From: a virus | Lineage: Duplodnaviria; Heunggongvirae; Uroviricota; Caudoviricetes | DNA: 64,000 nucleotides | Reading direction: 5' to 3' (one strand) | Virus record (IMG/VR): IMGVR_UViG_3300025858_000011 | Shown: positions 47,621 to 57,336 of the stretch, in pieces | Position numbering within the stretch: the stretch's first letter is position 1 | Layout: every line of letters begins with the position of its first letter | Notes under the pieces: model-generated | Seen by the model: the letters and a program-made list of their open reading frames with translations, nothing else | Told to the model about the DNA's origin: nothing | The model's database searches: none | Program-made: the position numbers and the translations under genes

Positions 47621-47791
47621 TCGTGCAGCATTGGGCGCCGGCCGAAAGAAGGTTGACTCCGGAAGTCTGACGACTTCCACTCCCACTGTTCCAAAACAGA
47701 ACCTGGATTCATCCAGGTCATTTAGTAACGTGCCATTGCCCGAAGTAATAGTGTCCTGCTGGGCCTGCTGGCCCAAATCCTGCGTTTCCAT
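47618..47791 (-). CDS. small hypothetical protein (57 aa)
   Basis: AAGGAG SD before the internal Met of ORF 47618..47860; promoter motif upstream. Confidence 0.4.
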   Translation of the reverse strand: METQDLGQQAQQDTITSGNGTLLNDLDESRFCFGTVGVEVVRLPESTFFRPAPNAAR

Positions 47792-47825
47792 CTTAATCTC
47801 CTTAATGGAATATTCTCGTCTATAG

Positions 47826-47876
47826 TTCTTATACCAAAACTTAATGTAAAAAATAGGCAAAAGGCTCTTTGCCTAT
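47826..47876 (-). promoter_or_regulatory. terminator-promoter composite motif copy (TTCTTATACC-N-TTAATGTAAAAAA + hairpin)
   Basis: on minus strand: hairpin AGGCAAAGAGCCTTTTGCCT, TTTTTTACATTAAG, then GGTATAAGAAC ~35 nt upstream of ATG 47791. Confidence 0.55.
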
Positions 47877-48072
47877 CTTCGAGAAAGGGGGCTGACGAGG
47901 CCCGGAGAAATTTTTAGGGGACGCATTAGGTGCCCCTTCCGAGGGGGATATTCCTCGGTTCAATTTGAATAAAAATAGAAAAAATTTAACTCGATAAACT
48001 TTTTCTTTTTTTATTCATTTCACTTCTCCGGTTTGGGTTCCACTTTAAAAAAAGACTAATTATTTATCATTG

Positions 48073-48120
48073 TTCTTATACCAAGTTTTAACGTAAGAAA
48101 AGCGCGTTAGCGCTCCTCCG
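48073..48120 (-). promoter_or_regulatory. terminator-promoter composite motif copy
   Basis: TTCTTATACCAAGTTTTAACGTAAGAAAA + GCGCGTTAGCGC hairpin. Confidence 0.5.
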
Positions 48121-48189
48121 GCCGGCTTTCGCCTTATATGTAGGATTCTTCTCAAACCGGTCGCATAATTTGGCCTATGGTGTTGGATA

Positions 48190-48525
48190 TTAACTGCGTT
48201 CCGGGATTTCTCTCCCGGTGTGATCATAACCCCAGAATGTTTCCTTCGTGGGGGCGAACCAATTTCGTATTGCAGTTTGGATGTGGGACCCAGACATAGT
48301 ACCTCTCGGTTCTTGTCCGAGTTTCGGAGTACTCCGGCGTTCGTATTTACGCCAATGATAATAGCCTCTGGCATCCCAGGCATTTGGCTTATCGGTGCGG
48401 ACCAGAATAGCTGAGCAATGGTCCTCACCAATCCATAACTCGTCTGCCTCATTAAAAGTCCGAGTTTCGGACTCATTCATGTGGCAACGCATGAATTGTG
48501 CTGTTACAAATGTTCCCAAATACAT
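48190..48525 (-). CDS. hypothetical protein (111 aa)
   Basis: start moved to internal ATG with AGGAGA SD; motif copy at 48561 lies upstream. Confidence 0.45.
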   Translation of the reverse strand: MYLGTFVTAQFMRCHMNESETRTFNEADELWIGEDHCSAILVRTDKPNAWDARGYYHWRKYERRSTPKLGQEPRGTMSGSHIQTAIRNWFAPTKETFWGYDHTGREIPERS

Positions 48526-48560
48526 CTTTGTTCTCCTAGTTAATGATTCCTCGTCAATTT

Positions 48561-48600
48561 TTTTATACCTAATATTAATGTAAAAGAAAGCCAATTCGGC
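48561..48600 (-). promoter_or_regulatory. terminator-promoter composite motif copy (variant TTTATACC)
   Basis: TTTATACCTAATATTAATGTAAAAGAAA + GCCAATTCGGC hairpin. Confidence 0.5.
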
Positions 48601-48830
48601 TTTCTCTACGCCAACTAAGTTGGCAGTTAACTTGAAGGCAGGGGCCATGTATACCGGCCCAATATGTAAGAACCGAAAATGAAACAGAGAGGGTCAGACT
48701 CATAGGGCTCGATATGAATTACTGACTATTTATGGCCTGGCGATAATCGTGCTCATCGCGGTCGGTGGTTTTTAAATTGTGAGCCTCTATGCGACTACCT
48801 CGCATATAGACTATATTTCTATAGTCTTCA

Positions 48831-48885
48831 TTCTTATACCAAAAATTTTAATGTAAAAAACTTGGTAGCCGCAGGCTACCAAGCA
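48831..48885 (-). promoter_or_regulatory. terminator-promoter composite motif copy
   Basis: TTCTTATACCAAAAATTTTAATGTAAAAAA + GGTAGCCGCAGGCTACC hairpin. Confidence 0.5.
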
Positions 48886-49082
48886 CATGCCAACTACCCT
48901 GAGTTGGCTAAGCAAGTTATAGCACGGCCTTATAACCTTGCTTCTCGAGAAGCCTTCCTAAGAAGGACAGCATGGATTTTAAACACCGTGCGGGCCTCAC
49001 CATAAAGGCACAATTTCCTCCTAATCTCTGCAGCGAGGGAGGGACCATATTATTGGTCTTTATTCTTATACCGATAAAAAAC

Positions 49083-49112
49083 ACTTGACGTTTACAGTTT
49101 AGTTCAATATAT
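49083..49112 (+). promoter_or_regulatory. sigma70-like promoter for plus-strand structural gene
   Basis: TTGACG-17 nt-TATATT upstream of 49155 ATG (SD GGAGG). Confidence 0.45.
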
Positions 49113-49154
49113 TTAATCATGAACACAAATCAACAATTTTTGGAGGATATAAAT

Positions 49155-51359
49155 ATGAATCAGCTGTTTCTCACACCGACAATAGAGAAACAAGCTACAT
49201 ACCATGTCATCGGCAGAGATCAAACTCAGTGGGTGAAGGACATTGTAACTAAATTTCTTGAAGAATATCCTTTCTTGCAAAATTCACCACTAACGGTGAC
49301 ATGGACTAAAAAAGATGCAACAAAGGGGTATGCCGTCGGATCGCTACATGTACTTGGAGGACAGGTACCATTAATTATTAAAGAAGGAGCGTTAGCTCCG
49401 ATGGATGTTATCATGTTTCCTGGAAATGCAACTGTACCATTGAGTGAGTCAATATTGAAAGAATTGATGGCCGAGCCAACTCCATTTAAAGGGGTCACTA
49501 TGGCAAAAGGAAAGTCAAATCTGGGATTATGGGGAGAAACTGTTGCAGGATTGCAATGGTCACCTACGGATACTGATACAGACGCATTAAATACGGAAGA
49601 GTCTTCATCTACTAGAGACGCTATTAAAGTTTCTTCTTTTATTGACAATATTGGACAAATTGGTAAAGATGCCGCTAAAGAAATTTTATTAGAGGTAAAG
49701 AATAGTCCTGAATTATTAGAAGGTTTTAAAAAGAATGGTACTTTATCTGTATTGGAGAAACTTGCTAAGGCTGTAGATGCCGTAGATGAAGTTGATTCTT
49801 TTGTAAGGGGTCTTGAAATTGATAGACAATGCTTATTTTCAGATAAGTTTGGTAATTATCATGTAAAAATGGCAAATCATCAGGTTGATCATACTTGGGA
49901 GGTAGAAATTGCTCCTAATGAGGTAGAAACCATCGTTGAAAAATTTGCTGCTTGTAAACCTCAGAAAAAATCCGCAAAAACTCTTAAAAAGGCCAATGCT
50001 TATAAAATATTAGACAAAAAAGCCTATTTATATGTTGATGAAAGCAAGAATTGGAGCATATTAGAGGGTGATTTAGTTAAAAATTCAGTTGAAAATGTTA
50101 AAATTGCGTCAAATACCCCTCAAATTGGTGACATTGGAGTATGGAAGATTGATGATGTAGTAACAACGCCTTTTGAAATTATAGCTATTTCAAAGAATGC
50201 AGAGTTTGAAAAGGGTAATTTATATAAATTAGCTAATAGAGTTGGATCATTATATATAAATGAACAAAAAGAATGGTCTATAGATGATAAAACTATTACT
50301 AAGACAGCAACTGTTGTTGATATTGAGGGTGTTGATCCACAAGTAGGTGACCATGGTTGTTGGATAATTGGTGACGTGGCAACTACGCCATTTGATATAG
50401 TTGGGATGCAGAAGCTTTCGACAGTCGGTGGTTGGAAGATAATTGCACATGATGGTTTGAATAAGGTATCTTACTATCCAATAAGACCTAAAAATGCATC
50501 TATTACTGCACATGATGCCGAAAAATCAGCTTTTTATGTGCCAGGAAATGCAAAATTTGTGAGATTAGACCAAAAATTAGTTAAAATTGCTGGATTGACA
50601 AGGGCTAATACTGCTGCAGAGTCTGGAATTATTGAAATATTGGCATTAGAGGGGCTAACCAAGCGTTCTTTCTTAATAACTCGTCAAAAAGATGGACAAT
50701 TTGAGAAAAATTCAGCATATATTCCAGAAAATGCTGATTTTATAAAATTATCGTCTAGAATTAAGATTTCTGAGGATAATTTTGATTTATTAGAGCCAAC
50801 TGCCATAGTTACACGTGATACGTCTGGTCTTTATAATGTAAGTGGCAATGTTGCTGAAAAATATGCAGCGATGCATTCCATTAGAGATTTAGAGAAAAAT
50901 GATATAAAATGGGCATTAACTCATCTAGGAGCTACCATAGTTGATTTGCAAAAGGTTGCAAATCTAAAAAAAGGAGAATTTACTAAGATTTCATCTGATT
51001 TATCATGTCCAGTTGATCCAAAAGTAATTATAACTGCTATTAAAACTAATTATGATGCATCAAGTTCAAAAATTGCGATGCTTACTAAAAATCTTGTGAA
51101 AGAAGCTGCAGTTTTAACGGATGAAACTACTGTTGATGCTGTTTTGTCATTAGGTTTACTTAGAAAAAATAATGTAGCAGAGTATATTGCATTAATTCCT
51201 GATTATGAGAAAATAATGTCAGAATTAGCAAAATTACTTGTTTCCACACGATTAGGTATGACTCAGTTACCAGAGTATGTAGTAAAAAATGCGATGGAGG
51301 GAGTTACTAGTGTTGTGGAGATTTTGCGTGGTATTAGAGCATCATTGATGAAAAATTAG
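49155..51359 (+). CDS. large virion-type hypothetical protein with internal duplicated segment
   Basis: ~734 aa from ATG 49155 (GGAGG SD; the six-frame ORF opens at 49119); repeats PQIGDIGVWKIDDVVTTPFEIIAIS / PQVGDHGCWIIGDVATTPFDIVGMQ. Confidence 0.6.
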   Translation: MNQLFLTPTIEKQATYHVIGRDQTQWVKDIVTKFLEEYPFLQNSPLTVTWTKKDATKGYAVGSLHVLGGQVPLIIKEGALAPMDVIMFPGNATVPLSESILKELMAEPTPFKGVTMAKGKSNLGLWGETVAGLQWSPTDTDTDALNTEESSSTRDAIKVSSFIDNIGQIGKDAAKEILLEVKNSPELLEGFKKNGTLSVLEKLAKAVDAVDEVDSFVRGLEIDRQCLFSDKFGNYHVKMANHQVDHTWEVEIAPNEVETIVEKFAACKPQKKSAKTLKKANAYKILDKKAYLYVDESKNWSILEGDLVKNSVENVKIASNTPQIGDIGVWKIDDVVTTPFEIIAISKNAEFEKGNLYKLANRVGSLYINEQKEWSIDDKTITKTATVVDIEGVDPQVGDHGCWIIGDVATTPFDIVGMQKLSTVGGWKIIAHDGLNKVSYYPIRPKNASITAHDAEKSAFYVPGNAKFVRLDQKLVKIAGLTRANTAAESGIIEILALEGLTKRSFLITRQKDGQFEKNSAYIPENADFIKLSSRIKISEDNFDLLEPTAIVTRDTSGLYNVSGNVAEKYAAMHSIRDLEKNDIKWALTHLGATIVDLQKVANLKKGEFTKISSDLSCPVDPKVIITAIKTNYDASSSKIAMLTKNLVKEAAVLTDETTVDAVLSLGLLRKNNVAEYIALIPDYEKIMSELAKLLVSTRLGMTQLPEYVVKNAMEGVTSVVEILRGIRASLMKN

Positions 51360-51368
51360 GAGAATGAT

Positions 51369-52190
51369 ATGGCATTAGATGTTAGAATGTTATTAGCAAA
51401 AGGAAAGCAGTACGGTAAACAATTAGTTAGTGAGAGTGTTGAATCTGCTAAGAATTTACCACATGCACCTAAATATTTTAGTAATATAAGAAAAGATATT
51501 AGATTGCTAAATTTGCCAAAGAAAGATAGCAGAGTTATAATGAAGCAACGTGCCGCTGATGCACTTCATACAGAATTAATTGAAGAGAAACGTAAATTAA
51601 GATCTGCAATGAAATTGCCACTTGCTGGAGTTGCTGGATATGGCGGTTATAAAGCTGTAAAAATTATGAGAGATCCTAAGATTCCTCAAAATTATGTAGA
51701 AGCTCCAGAAGGTCAGTATCTTACTGAAGAGGAATTGTTAAAATCATCTGCTTTTGATTTTAGAAAGATTATAGGTGCAGCGGCTGCAAAATTTAGAAAT
51801 AGAACATTATCAGTTGCTGAACAGGCTGCAACTAGTGTAAAAGGTACACCTAAGATTAAGTCTGTTGCATCATCTTTTGATGCAGCTAAGGCTCGTGCTA
51901 CAGATATTCCATTTGCTGATGTACATAGTAATGTTGTTAAACCAATAGATATTCGCAATGGTATAGCTAGTAAACCTAAAGCTCCTGATGTACAGGATAT
52001 AAAGTTTAAAGATGTGAAACCAGCTTCAGCAAAGGCTTCAGCTCCTGAACCAACTATAAAAGTAGTTCCTGCTCCAGTTCCTGAACCAAAAAAGAGTGGA
52101 ATAGCTAAGTATGTTATGGCTGGAGGTGCTATAGGTGTAGGTGCAATTGCTCTTAATTCAAATAAGAAAAAGAAAGAAGAAGAATATTAA
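51369..52190 (+). CDS. hypothetical protein with C-terminal TM anchor (273 aa)
   Basis: ORF. Confidence 0.55.
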   Translation: MALDVRMLLAKGKQYGKQLVSESVESAKNLPHAPKYFSNIRKDIRLLNLPKKDSRVIMKQRAADALHTELIEEKRKLRSAMKLPLAGVAGYGGYKAVKIMRDPKIPQNYVEAPEGQYLTEEELLKSSAFDFRKIIGAAAAKFRNRTLSVAEQAATSVKGTPKIKSVASSFDAAKARATDIPFADVHSNVVKPIDIRNGIASKPKAPDVQDIKFKDVKPASAKASAPEPTIKVVPAPVPEPKKSGIAKYVMAGGAIGVGAIALNSNKKKKEEEY

Positions 52191-52204
52191 GTAGGAGATA
52201 ACAA

Positions 52205-52480
52205 ATGGGTAAAGCTGAAACAATTATGGATGGTATGAAGTATTTATTGCGCAGAACAAAACAATTACCACAGAATATAAGTGAAGTGGTTGCTGCAAAT
52301 AAGATAGTAAATAAGAAAGTGCCTATTGACATGTTTTCTGATACAACAAAGATTATTAATGAGGCTAAGAGAGTAAGACAAGTTGGTTTAAAGAAGATTT
52401 GGCAAGGAGCTCAACTTCCTTTAGCTGCTGGTGCTGGAGGTGGGTTAGGTCTTGCTGCCACTAGGTCATCTGATCAGTAA
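52205..52480 (+). CDS. hypothetical protein (91 aa)
   Basis: ORF. Confidence 0.45.
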   Translation: MGKAETIMDGMKYLLRRTKQLPQNISEVVAANKIVNKKVPIDMFSDTTKIINEAKRVRQVGLKKIWQGAQLPLAAGAGGGLGLAATRSSDQ

Positions 52481-52532
52481 TCTGGATCTACCCTGATAAA
52501 CACATTTTGTAAAGTTAATTTTTGTATGTATA

Positions 52533-52922
52533 ATGGATAATATGATGAAAACATTAATTATAGATGATGAATTACAAGCATATGACTGTGTTAAGAACAT
52601 GTTGGGGTGCTATGATGTAGCTGAAACTGGTTTGATAGGGATCGAGTATGCTGAGACTGCTCTAAAAGTTAACTCCTATTATAATTTAATTTTATTAGAT
52701 GTTGTAATACCAGGTCTTAATGGCATAGAAGTTATAAAAAGGCTTAGAGATCTTGAAAAACATTACAACATCAAGTCAATTAGGGAAGCTAAAATTATAG
52801 TAGTCTCATCTCGTAGGGATGAGCCTGCTATACTAGAGGCATTCAGGAATGGAGCAACAGGATGGATTGAGAAACCAGTAGTTACAGATATACTTATAAC
52901 TAAACTAAAAAACTTAATGTAA
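52533..52922 (+). CDS. stand-alone response-regulator receiver (REC/CheY-like) domain protein
   Basis: LIIDDE acidic pocket, LILLDVVIPGLNG phospho-acceptor Asp, IVVSS, GATGWIEKP. Confidence 0.65.
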   Translation: MDNMMKTLIIDDELQAYDCVKNMLGCYDVAETGLIGIEYAETALKVNSYYNLILLDVVIPGLNGIEVIKRLRDLEKHYNIKSIREAKIIVVSSRRDEPAILEAFRNGATGWIEKPVVTDILITKLKNLM

Positions 52923-52950
52923 AAAAGAATCCCAGACTTACATCTGGGAT
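52918..52950 (-). terminator. hairpin terminator (probably bidirectional) with partial TTAATGTAAAAAA motif
   Basis: AATCCCAGACTTACATCTGGGATT flanked by an A-run (plus) / T-run (minus). Confidence 0.5.
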
Positions 52951-52962
52951 TCCATGTGCTGA

Positions 52963-53112
52963 CTAAGCCTGAACCTCTTGCGAGGCACGCTTATCAAGCA
53001 CCGATTTCGCCACGAAGGATGCAGCCGTGATGGCAGCGAGTGTCAGTACAACAATGACTTTTGTCTTGTGCACTTTGACAGCGCTGATAGCGGCAACGAT
53101 TTTCTCGTTCAT
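52963..53112 (-). CDS. small membrane protein (49 aa)
   Basis: internal Met of ORF 52963..53313 with AAGGA SD; motif copy at 53165 upstream. Confidence 0.35.
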   Translation of the reverse strand: MNEKIVAAISAVKVHKTKVIVVLTLAAITAASFVAKSVLDKRASQEVQA

Positions 53113-53342
53113 AGTCTTATCCTTTCTCTGGTGAAAAACTTGACCTTTATTAGGTCCGTCAATACTCTTATACCATAAAATACAAATAATCTTGCGAGAT
53201 TGGGTCCCATACACTACCCCCTCCCTCGTTCCAGGATCTAACCTGTAATTTATATATTTTATTGTATCTGGTATCAAATTCGAAAACCTAAAATTTTTTT
53301 TGGAAAAAAACACACATGAATAAAGCGCAAAATATTATAATA

Positions 53343-53372
53343 TAAAAAGAGAGCCTTGCGGCTCTCTTAGAT
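53343..53372 (-). terminator. intrinsic terminator (minus)
   Basis: AGAGAGCCGCAAGGCTCTCT + TTTTATATT. Confidence 0.55.
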
Positions 53373-53374
53373 GC

Positions 53375-53541
53375 TACGACTGCTGAGCGTTATACTCACG
53401 CAATCCTTGCATCGCAATTTCCATTTCCTTTTTTTGCCACTCAACTAGATGGGGTGCAACAACTACTGCAAGCAGTATCGCACAGGCACCAGCAACGATG
53501 GGAGCTCCATAGTCGCACACGAAGTTTTTAATTCTGTTCAT
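53375..53541 (-). CDS. small membrane protein (55 aa)
   Basis: CAGGAGA SD + ATG; MNRIKNFVCDYGAPIVAGACAILLAVVVAP; motif copy at 53588 upstream. Confidence 0.4.
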
Positions 53542-53620
53542 TGTGTATCTCCTGAAATGAAGTGAATGTACTTCGATTAATTACATAGTTCTTATATACC
53601 ATAAAATTTAGAGAAATAGT

Positions 53621-53878
53621 ATGTTTAAATTTTCAGCAACTAAAATGATACAATTACTTAGAGAGGGAAAACTATCTCTGGAAGCAGCTGGAGAAGCTGC
53701 AAAGAAATTAAATTTAAATACTCGCACTATAAGTGAACTAGGAAGAGGTGCTGAAGGAATAGCAGAAAAGGCCATCGGTGCAAGATTTACTGATACTGGA
53801 TTTGGTGTAATGAAAACTTATAATCCTACAGGTATGCTATATAGTGATAAACAATTTTTAGCTAAAACTAAAGCATAG
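53621..53878 (+). CDS. hypothetical protein (85 aa)
   Basis: ORF. Confidence 0.45.
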   Translation: MFKFSATKMIQLLREGKLSLEAAGEAAKKLNLNTRTISELGRGAEGIAEKAIGARFTDTGFGVMKTYNPTGMLYSDKQFLAKTKA

Positions 53879-53959
53879 GAAACTCTTGGAAAAGATAAAC
53901 AATTTGCAAAGTATTATGGAAAACATGATACTAGACCAACTACATACCATGAGTTAATT

Positions 53960-54403
53960 GTGGGAGATAAAAGAGATAGTTTTCTTGATGAACGTGTTCT
54001 GATACCTGCATTTTTAACTGGAGCAAAAGCAAGACTACATGGATTTAAAATTGGAGATACTTTTATAAATCCAGGAAATGTAATAAATACGGCATCCGGC
54101 CCAAAGGTTATTGATTTTTTAGTAAAAGGTCATCCACAAGTTGGTATGATGTCAGGAAGGGAGGCAATAAAAGCATTATTTTCTACAGATCCTGTGGCCA
54201 GATTTGGAAGTTTATTATTAAAACGGGTAAACGGAGTAGCAACAGCAGGCAGTGATATTAGGAAACTAAATAATGCAAAGATAGTGGATCCATCGGCTTT
54301 TAATAAAGTAGACAGAGTCATGGGAGCAATAGGCGCTCATAAGGTACCTTTAATTATAGGTGGTGTATCTAGTACGATCGCCATAAACAATAGGAGAAAA
54401 TAA
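53960..54403 (+). CDS. hypothetical protein (147 aa)
   Basis: ORF. Confidence 0.5.
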   Translation: MGDKRDSFLDERVLIPAFLTGAKARLHGFKIGDTFINPGNVINTASGPKVIDFLVKGHPQVGMMSGREAIKALFSTDPVARFGSLLLKRVNGVATAGSDIRKLNNAKIVDPSAFNKVDRVMGAIGAHKVPLIIGGVSSTIAINNRRK

Positions 54404-54407
54404 TGAA

Positions 54408-54485
54408 ATGAATAAAGCACAAGTAGTATTTAATAAATTGGCATTTATAGCTGTTACACCATTTAAAGAGGAAATAAGCATATGA
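54408..54485 (+). pseudogene. truncated copy (25 codons) of the MNKAQVVFNKLA-leader family
   Basis: MNKAQVVFNKLAFIAVTPFKEEISI*; stop overlaps the ATG of the next full-length paralog. Confidence 0.35.
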
Positions 54486-54796
54486 ATAAAGCGCAAATAG
54501 TATTTGAAAAATTAGCACTTTCTCCTGAGTTACTAGAGAGGGCTTCTGTAAAAGCTTTTGATAAAGCTTACACATATAGTGAATTGGCGAGGGCCGCTCA
54601 TCTTGATGGGGATTTGGTTCAAAAAAAATTATTTAAAGGTTTGGAAAATAAATTTACTAATAAATCTATCAAGTTTGACACTGCTGCATTTAAAAAGGGC
54701 CTGGCAGAACCATCCGCAGAAGCAATGGCCCTTTCTAAAAGAATTTTAAGTAAATTTTCAAAAGATGATCTGGACTTATTAAGTAGATTAATATAG
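54482..54796 (+). CDS. MNKAQ-leader family protein (104 aa)
   Basis: MNKAQIVFEKLALSPELLERA... Confidence 0.55.
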   Translation: MNKAQIVFEKLALSPELLERASVKAFDKAYTYSELARAAHLDGDLVQKKLFKGLENKFTNKSIKFDTAAFKKGLAEPSAEAMALSKRILSKFSKDDLDLLSRLI

Positions 54797-54915
54797 TGGA
54801 TAAAGTACAACCAATATTTAATAAGTTATCAGCATACGGTCCCGCGGGTACCCGGGAACGAATGAATAATTATTATAGTGGTATCAGAGAACTATTTAAA
54901 CCGAAGAAGTAAACA

Positions 54916-55011
54916 ATGAATAAAGCACAGGTAGTATTTAGTAAATTAGCAGAAAAGTTAAGTCCTCTTTTTAAGGGGCCACTAGAGGCGGAAAAGACTA
55001 TCCAATGGTAA
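54916..55011 (+). pseudogene. truncated copy (31 codons) of the MNKAQ-leader family
   Basis: MNKAQVVFSKLAEKLSPLFKGPLEAEKTIQW*. Confidence 0.35.
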
Positions 55012-55277
55012 AGCTTCGTTCAAAGGATTATTATAAAAATGTAGTTTTACCAGATACATTAGAACGCGGTGCAGGCATTCTTCCAGCAACTGCAGCAGCG
55101 GCGTATGCAATGGTAAAGGGCAAAAAGAACCTGGTGTTTGGACTGGGTGGGGTCAGTGTTTTGGGCGCATTAGTTGCTGGACATCGTGCAAATAAAAGAG
55201 ATCAAAAATGGCTTGGAGAACATGGTATAAAAAGAAATTATTTTAATACGAAATTTGAGAGGTTAAAAAGTGAATAA
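55005..55277 (+). CDS. hypothetical protein (90 aa) with Gly-rich hydrophobic segment
   Basis: ORF. Confidence 0.45.
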   Translation: MVKLRSKDYYKNVVLPDTLERGAGILPATAAAAYAMVKGKKNLVFGLGGVSVLGALVAGHRANKRDQKWLGEHGIKRNYFNTKFERLKSE

Positions 55278-55533
55278 AGTAAAAATATTATTTGGAAAAC
55301 CCTTGGCTAAAACAGAAAGAAATGTAGCTGCAACAAAAGAATTAAAAACAAATTGGAATGAGTTCCATCGGATGTCCAAGAGAAATAGAGCAGCTGGATA
55401 TGCAATACATGGAGATAAGGAATTAGAAAAATATGTTACCAGGATAGTAAATGGCTTAAAACTTCCAGTAGCAGCAACAGGCGTAGTGGCAGCAACTGGA
55501 CTCGCTGGCAAAAAATTATTGGATAAGAATTGA
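55270..55533 (+). CDS. MNK-leader family protein (87 aa)
   Basis: MNKVKILFGKPLAKTERN... Confidence 0.45.
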   Translation: MNKVKILFGKPLAKTERNVAATKELKTNWNEFHRMSKRNRAAGYAIHGDKELEKYVTRIVNGLKLPVAATGVVAATGLAGKKLLDKN

Positions 55534-55597
55534 CTTTGTATCTCGGATGTGTTATATTAAATAAAAGTACACGATTAATAATTAGAGGAAGAATCAA

Positions 55598-56215
55598 ATG
55601 TGGACAGAGGTAATCGTCGCACTTATATCATCAATTACAACTCTTGCGGCGCTTTTTATTACTAATTATTTAAAACATAAAAATGCGAAAAAAAGATCTT
55701 TAAATCATCGTATCCAAAGAGACGTAGTAGTATATGAAATATTAAATAGTATCAAGACTAAATTTAAATTTAGTAGAGTAGTAATTATATTATTTCATAA
55801 TGGTTCCAAGTATTTTAGTGGTGAACCAATACAGAAAGCATCAGTTGTATTTGAAACTGTATCACCGGGCATCGACCCCATCGGTAAATCGATGCAAGAT
55901 ATTCCAGTATCAACGATGACTGTAGCATTAAAAGCAATCTCTTCTGAAGGTTGGTTCCTCATCGATGATATCGAAAAGATTGATGATGAGCATTATAAGA
56001 ACCTAATGAAGAGTTATAGAGAAACTCAACATTATTCTTATAAAATTGAAGACGTAGATGGTTGGATTGGAATATTAACTTGTGATTACACAGTAGAAAA
56101 CTCACAACCTCCATTAACTAGGGAGTGTGCGGAATATATTCGTCTTCAGGCTGGAAGACTTGCTACGTTGTTAAAATTGACAAATAAAATTTATGGAGTC
56201 CACAAAAATGAGTAG
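55598..56215 (+). CDS. hypothetical protein with N-terminal TM (205 aa)
   Basis: ORF. Confidence 0.55.
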   Translation: MWTEVIVALISSITTLAALFITNYLKHKNAKKRSLNHRIQRDVVVYEILNSIKTKFKFSRVVIILFHNGSKYFSGEPIQKASVVFETVSPGIDPIGKSMQDIPVSTMTVALKAISSEGWFLIDDIEKIDDEHYKNLMKSYRETQHYSYKIEDVDGWIGILTCDYTVENSQPPLTRECAEYIRLQAGRLATLLKLTNKIYGVHKNE

Positions 56216-57335
56216 ACTATCAGAATGGCAAGAAGCAAGAAAAAAACATGGTTGGTTTAATAGAAGAGATATTAATAGTTCTATCGATCCTAAGATAAAA
56301 AAAATTAGGGCAGCCTATCCACTCGAAACACATCTTGACCTTGATGAAAGGTTATTTCCAGGACCATGGGACTCATTTGGAGAAGGACTTCATCAGGCGC
56401 GTAATATGTCAAATGACAAATTACGTAATATCCTTATTAAGCAAGATATCACTCCAAGGACCGTAGGACTTTTTACGGAGTATATGTTTAGAGAAACCGT
56501 AGATCAGGAAATTCTTGATAAGTATAAGAATATTAATATTGATAATTATCTTGCTTTTATTAAACGTCGTATGGCAGAAGCAAATTCGGCAGAGACACTT
56601 AGTGCCATCGGAAATTTTGGTGCATTTGGAATATCCCTGGGCGCTGGTTTCGCATTAAATAGAATGGCTAGTAATTCTGAAAATATAACTCCATTCATTG
56701 ATTTTATTAAGAAAAAAGATAACATCGATACTACAGTTAATGTAATTGATGATACACTTTTTTCTAGATTTTCTCAGTCAAAGAATCTGGCATCAGTTGG
56801 TAAAGACTTGGCTATAGCAGGACACGAACTTGGACATGCAAAAAATTATGCACAACTTAGTAAATATTTTGGAAAAGCTGCTCCAATTATAAGCACTGTT
56901 ACTTATAATGGACTTGGTGACATTCCATTTATTGGCCGTGTATTTGGTAAATCAATAGGAGGGGTACCATTACTTGGGTTAGCGGCGATTCCTTTTGCTG
57001 ATCGTAGATTTACTAATAAATTAAAAAGTGACGATCGGCACTCGATGCAAAATAAGGCGGTAGATTACATCGAGCGGCATCCGTTACAACTTGGAGCATT
57101 AGCGGTGTCTCCTAAGTTAATTGAAGAGGGATCTGCTACAGTAAGAGCTTTAAATAATCTTGGAAGATATAGTGGTGCTGCATCTGCACTTAAAGGATCT
57201 CCTAAGTTATTAACTGCTTTTGCAACATATCTTGCGGCTGCGGCTCTTCCAGTCCTTGCAATCAATTTTATTAATAAAAAAACAAAAGGGACACAGCAAG
57301 CACAGACATACTTAAGAAATAGGATCGTAAACTAA
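56193..57335 (+). CDS. hypothetical protein (380 aa)
   Basis: ORF. Confidence 0.55.
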   Translation: MESTKMSRLSEWQEARKKHGWFNRRDINSSIDPKIKKIRAAYPLETHLDLDERLFPGPWDSFGEGLHQARNMSNDKLRNILIKQDITPRTVGLFTEYMFRETVDQEILDKYKNINIDNYLAFIKRRMAEANSAETLSAIGNFGAFGISLGAGFALNRMASNSENITPFIDFIKKKDNIDTTVNVIDDTLFSRFSQSKNLASVGKDLAIAGHELGHAKNYAQLSKYFGKAAPIISTVTYNGLGDIPFIGRVFGKSIGGVPLLGLAAIPFADRRFTNKLKSDDRHSMQNKAVDYIERHPLQLGALAVSPKLIEEGSATVRALNNLGRYSGAASALKGSPKLLTAFATYLAAAALPVLAINFINKKTKGTQQAQTYLRNRIVN

Positions 57336-57336
57336 T

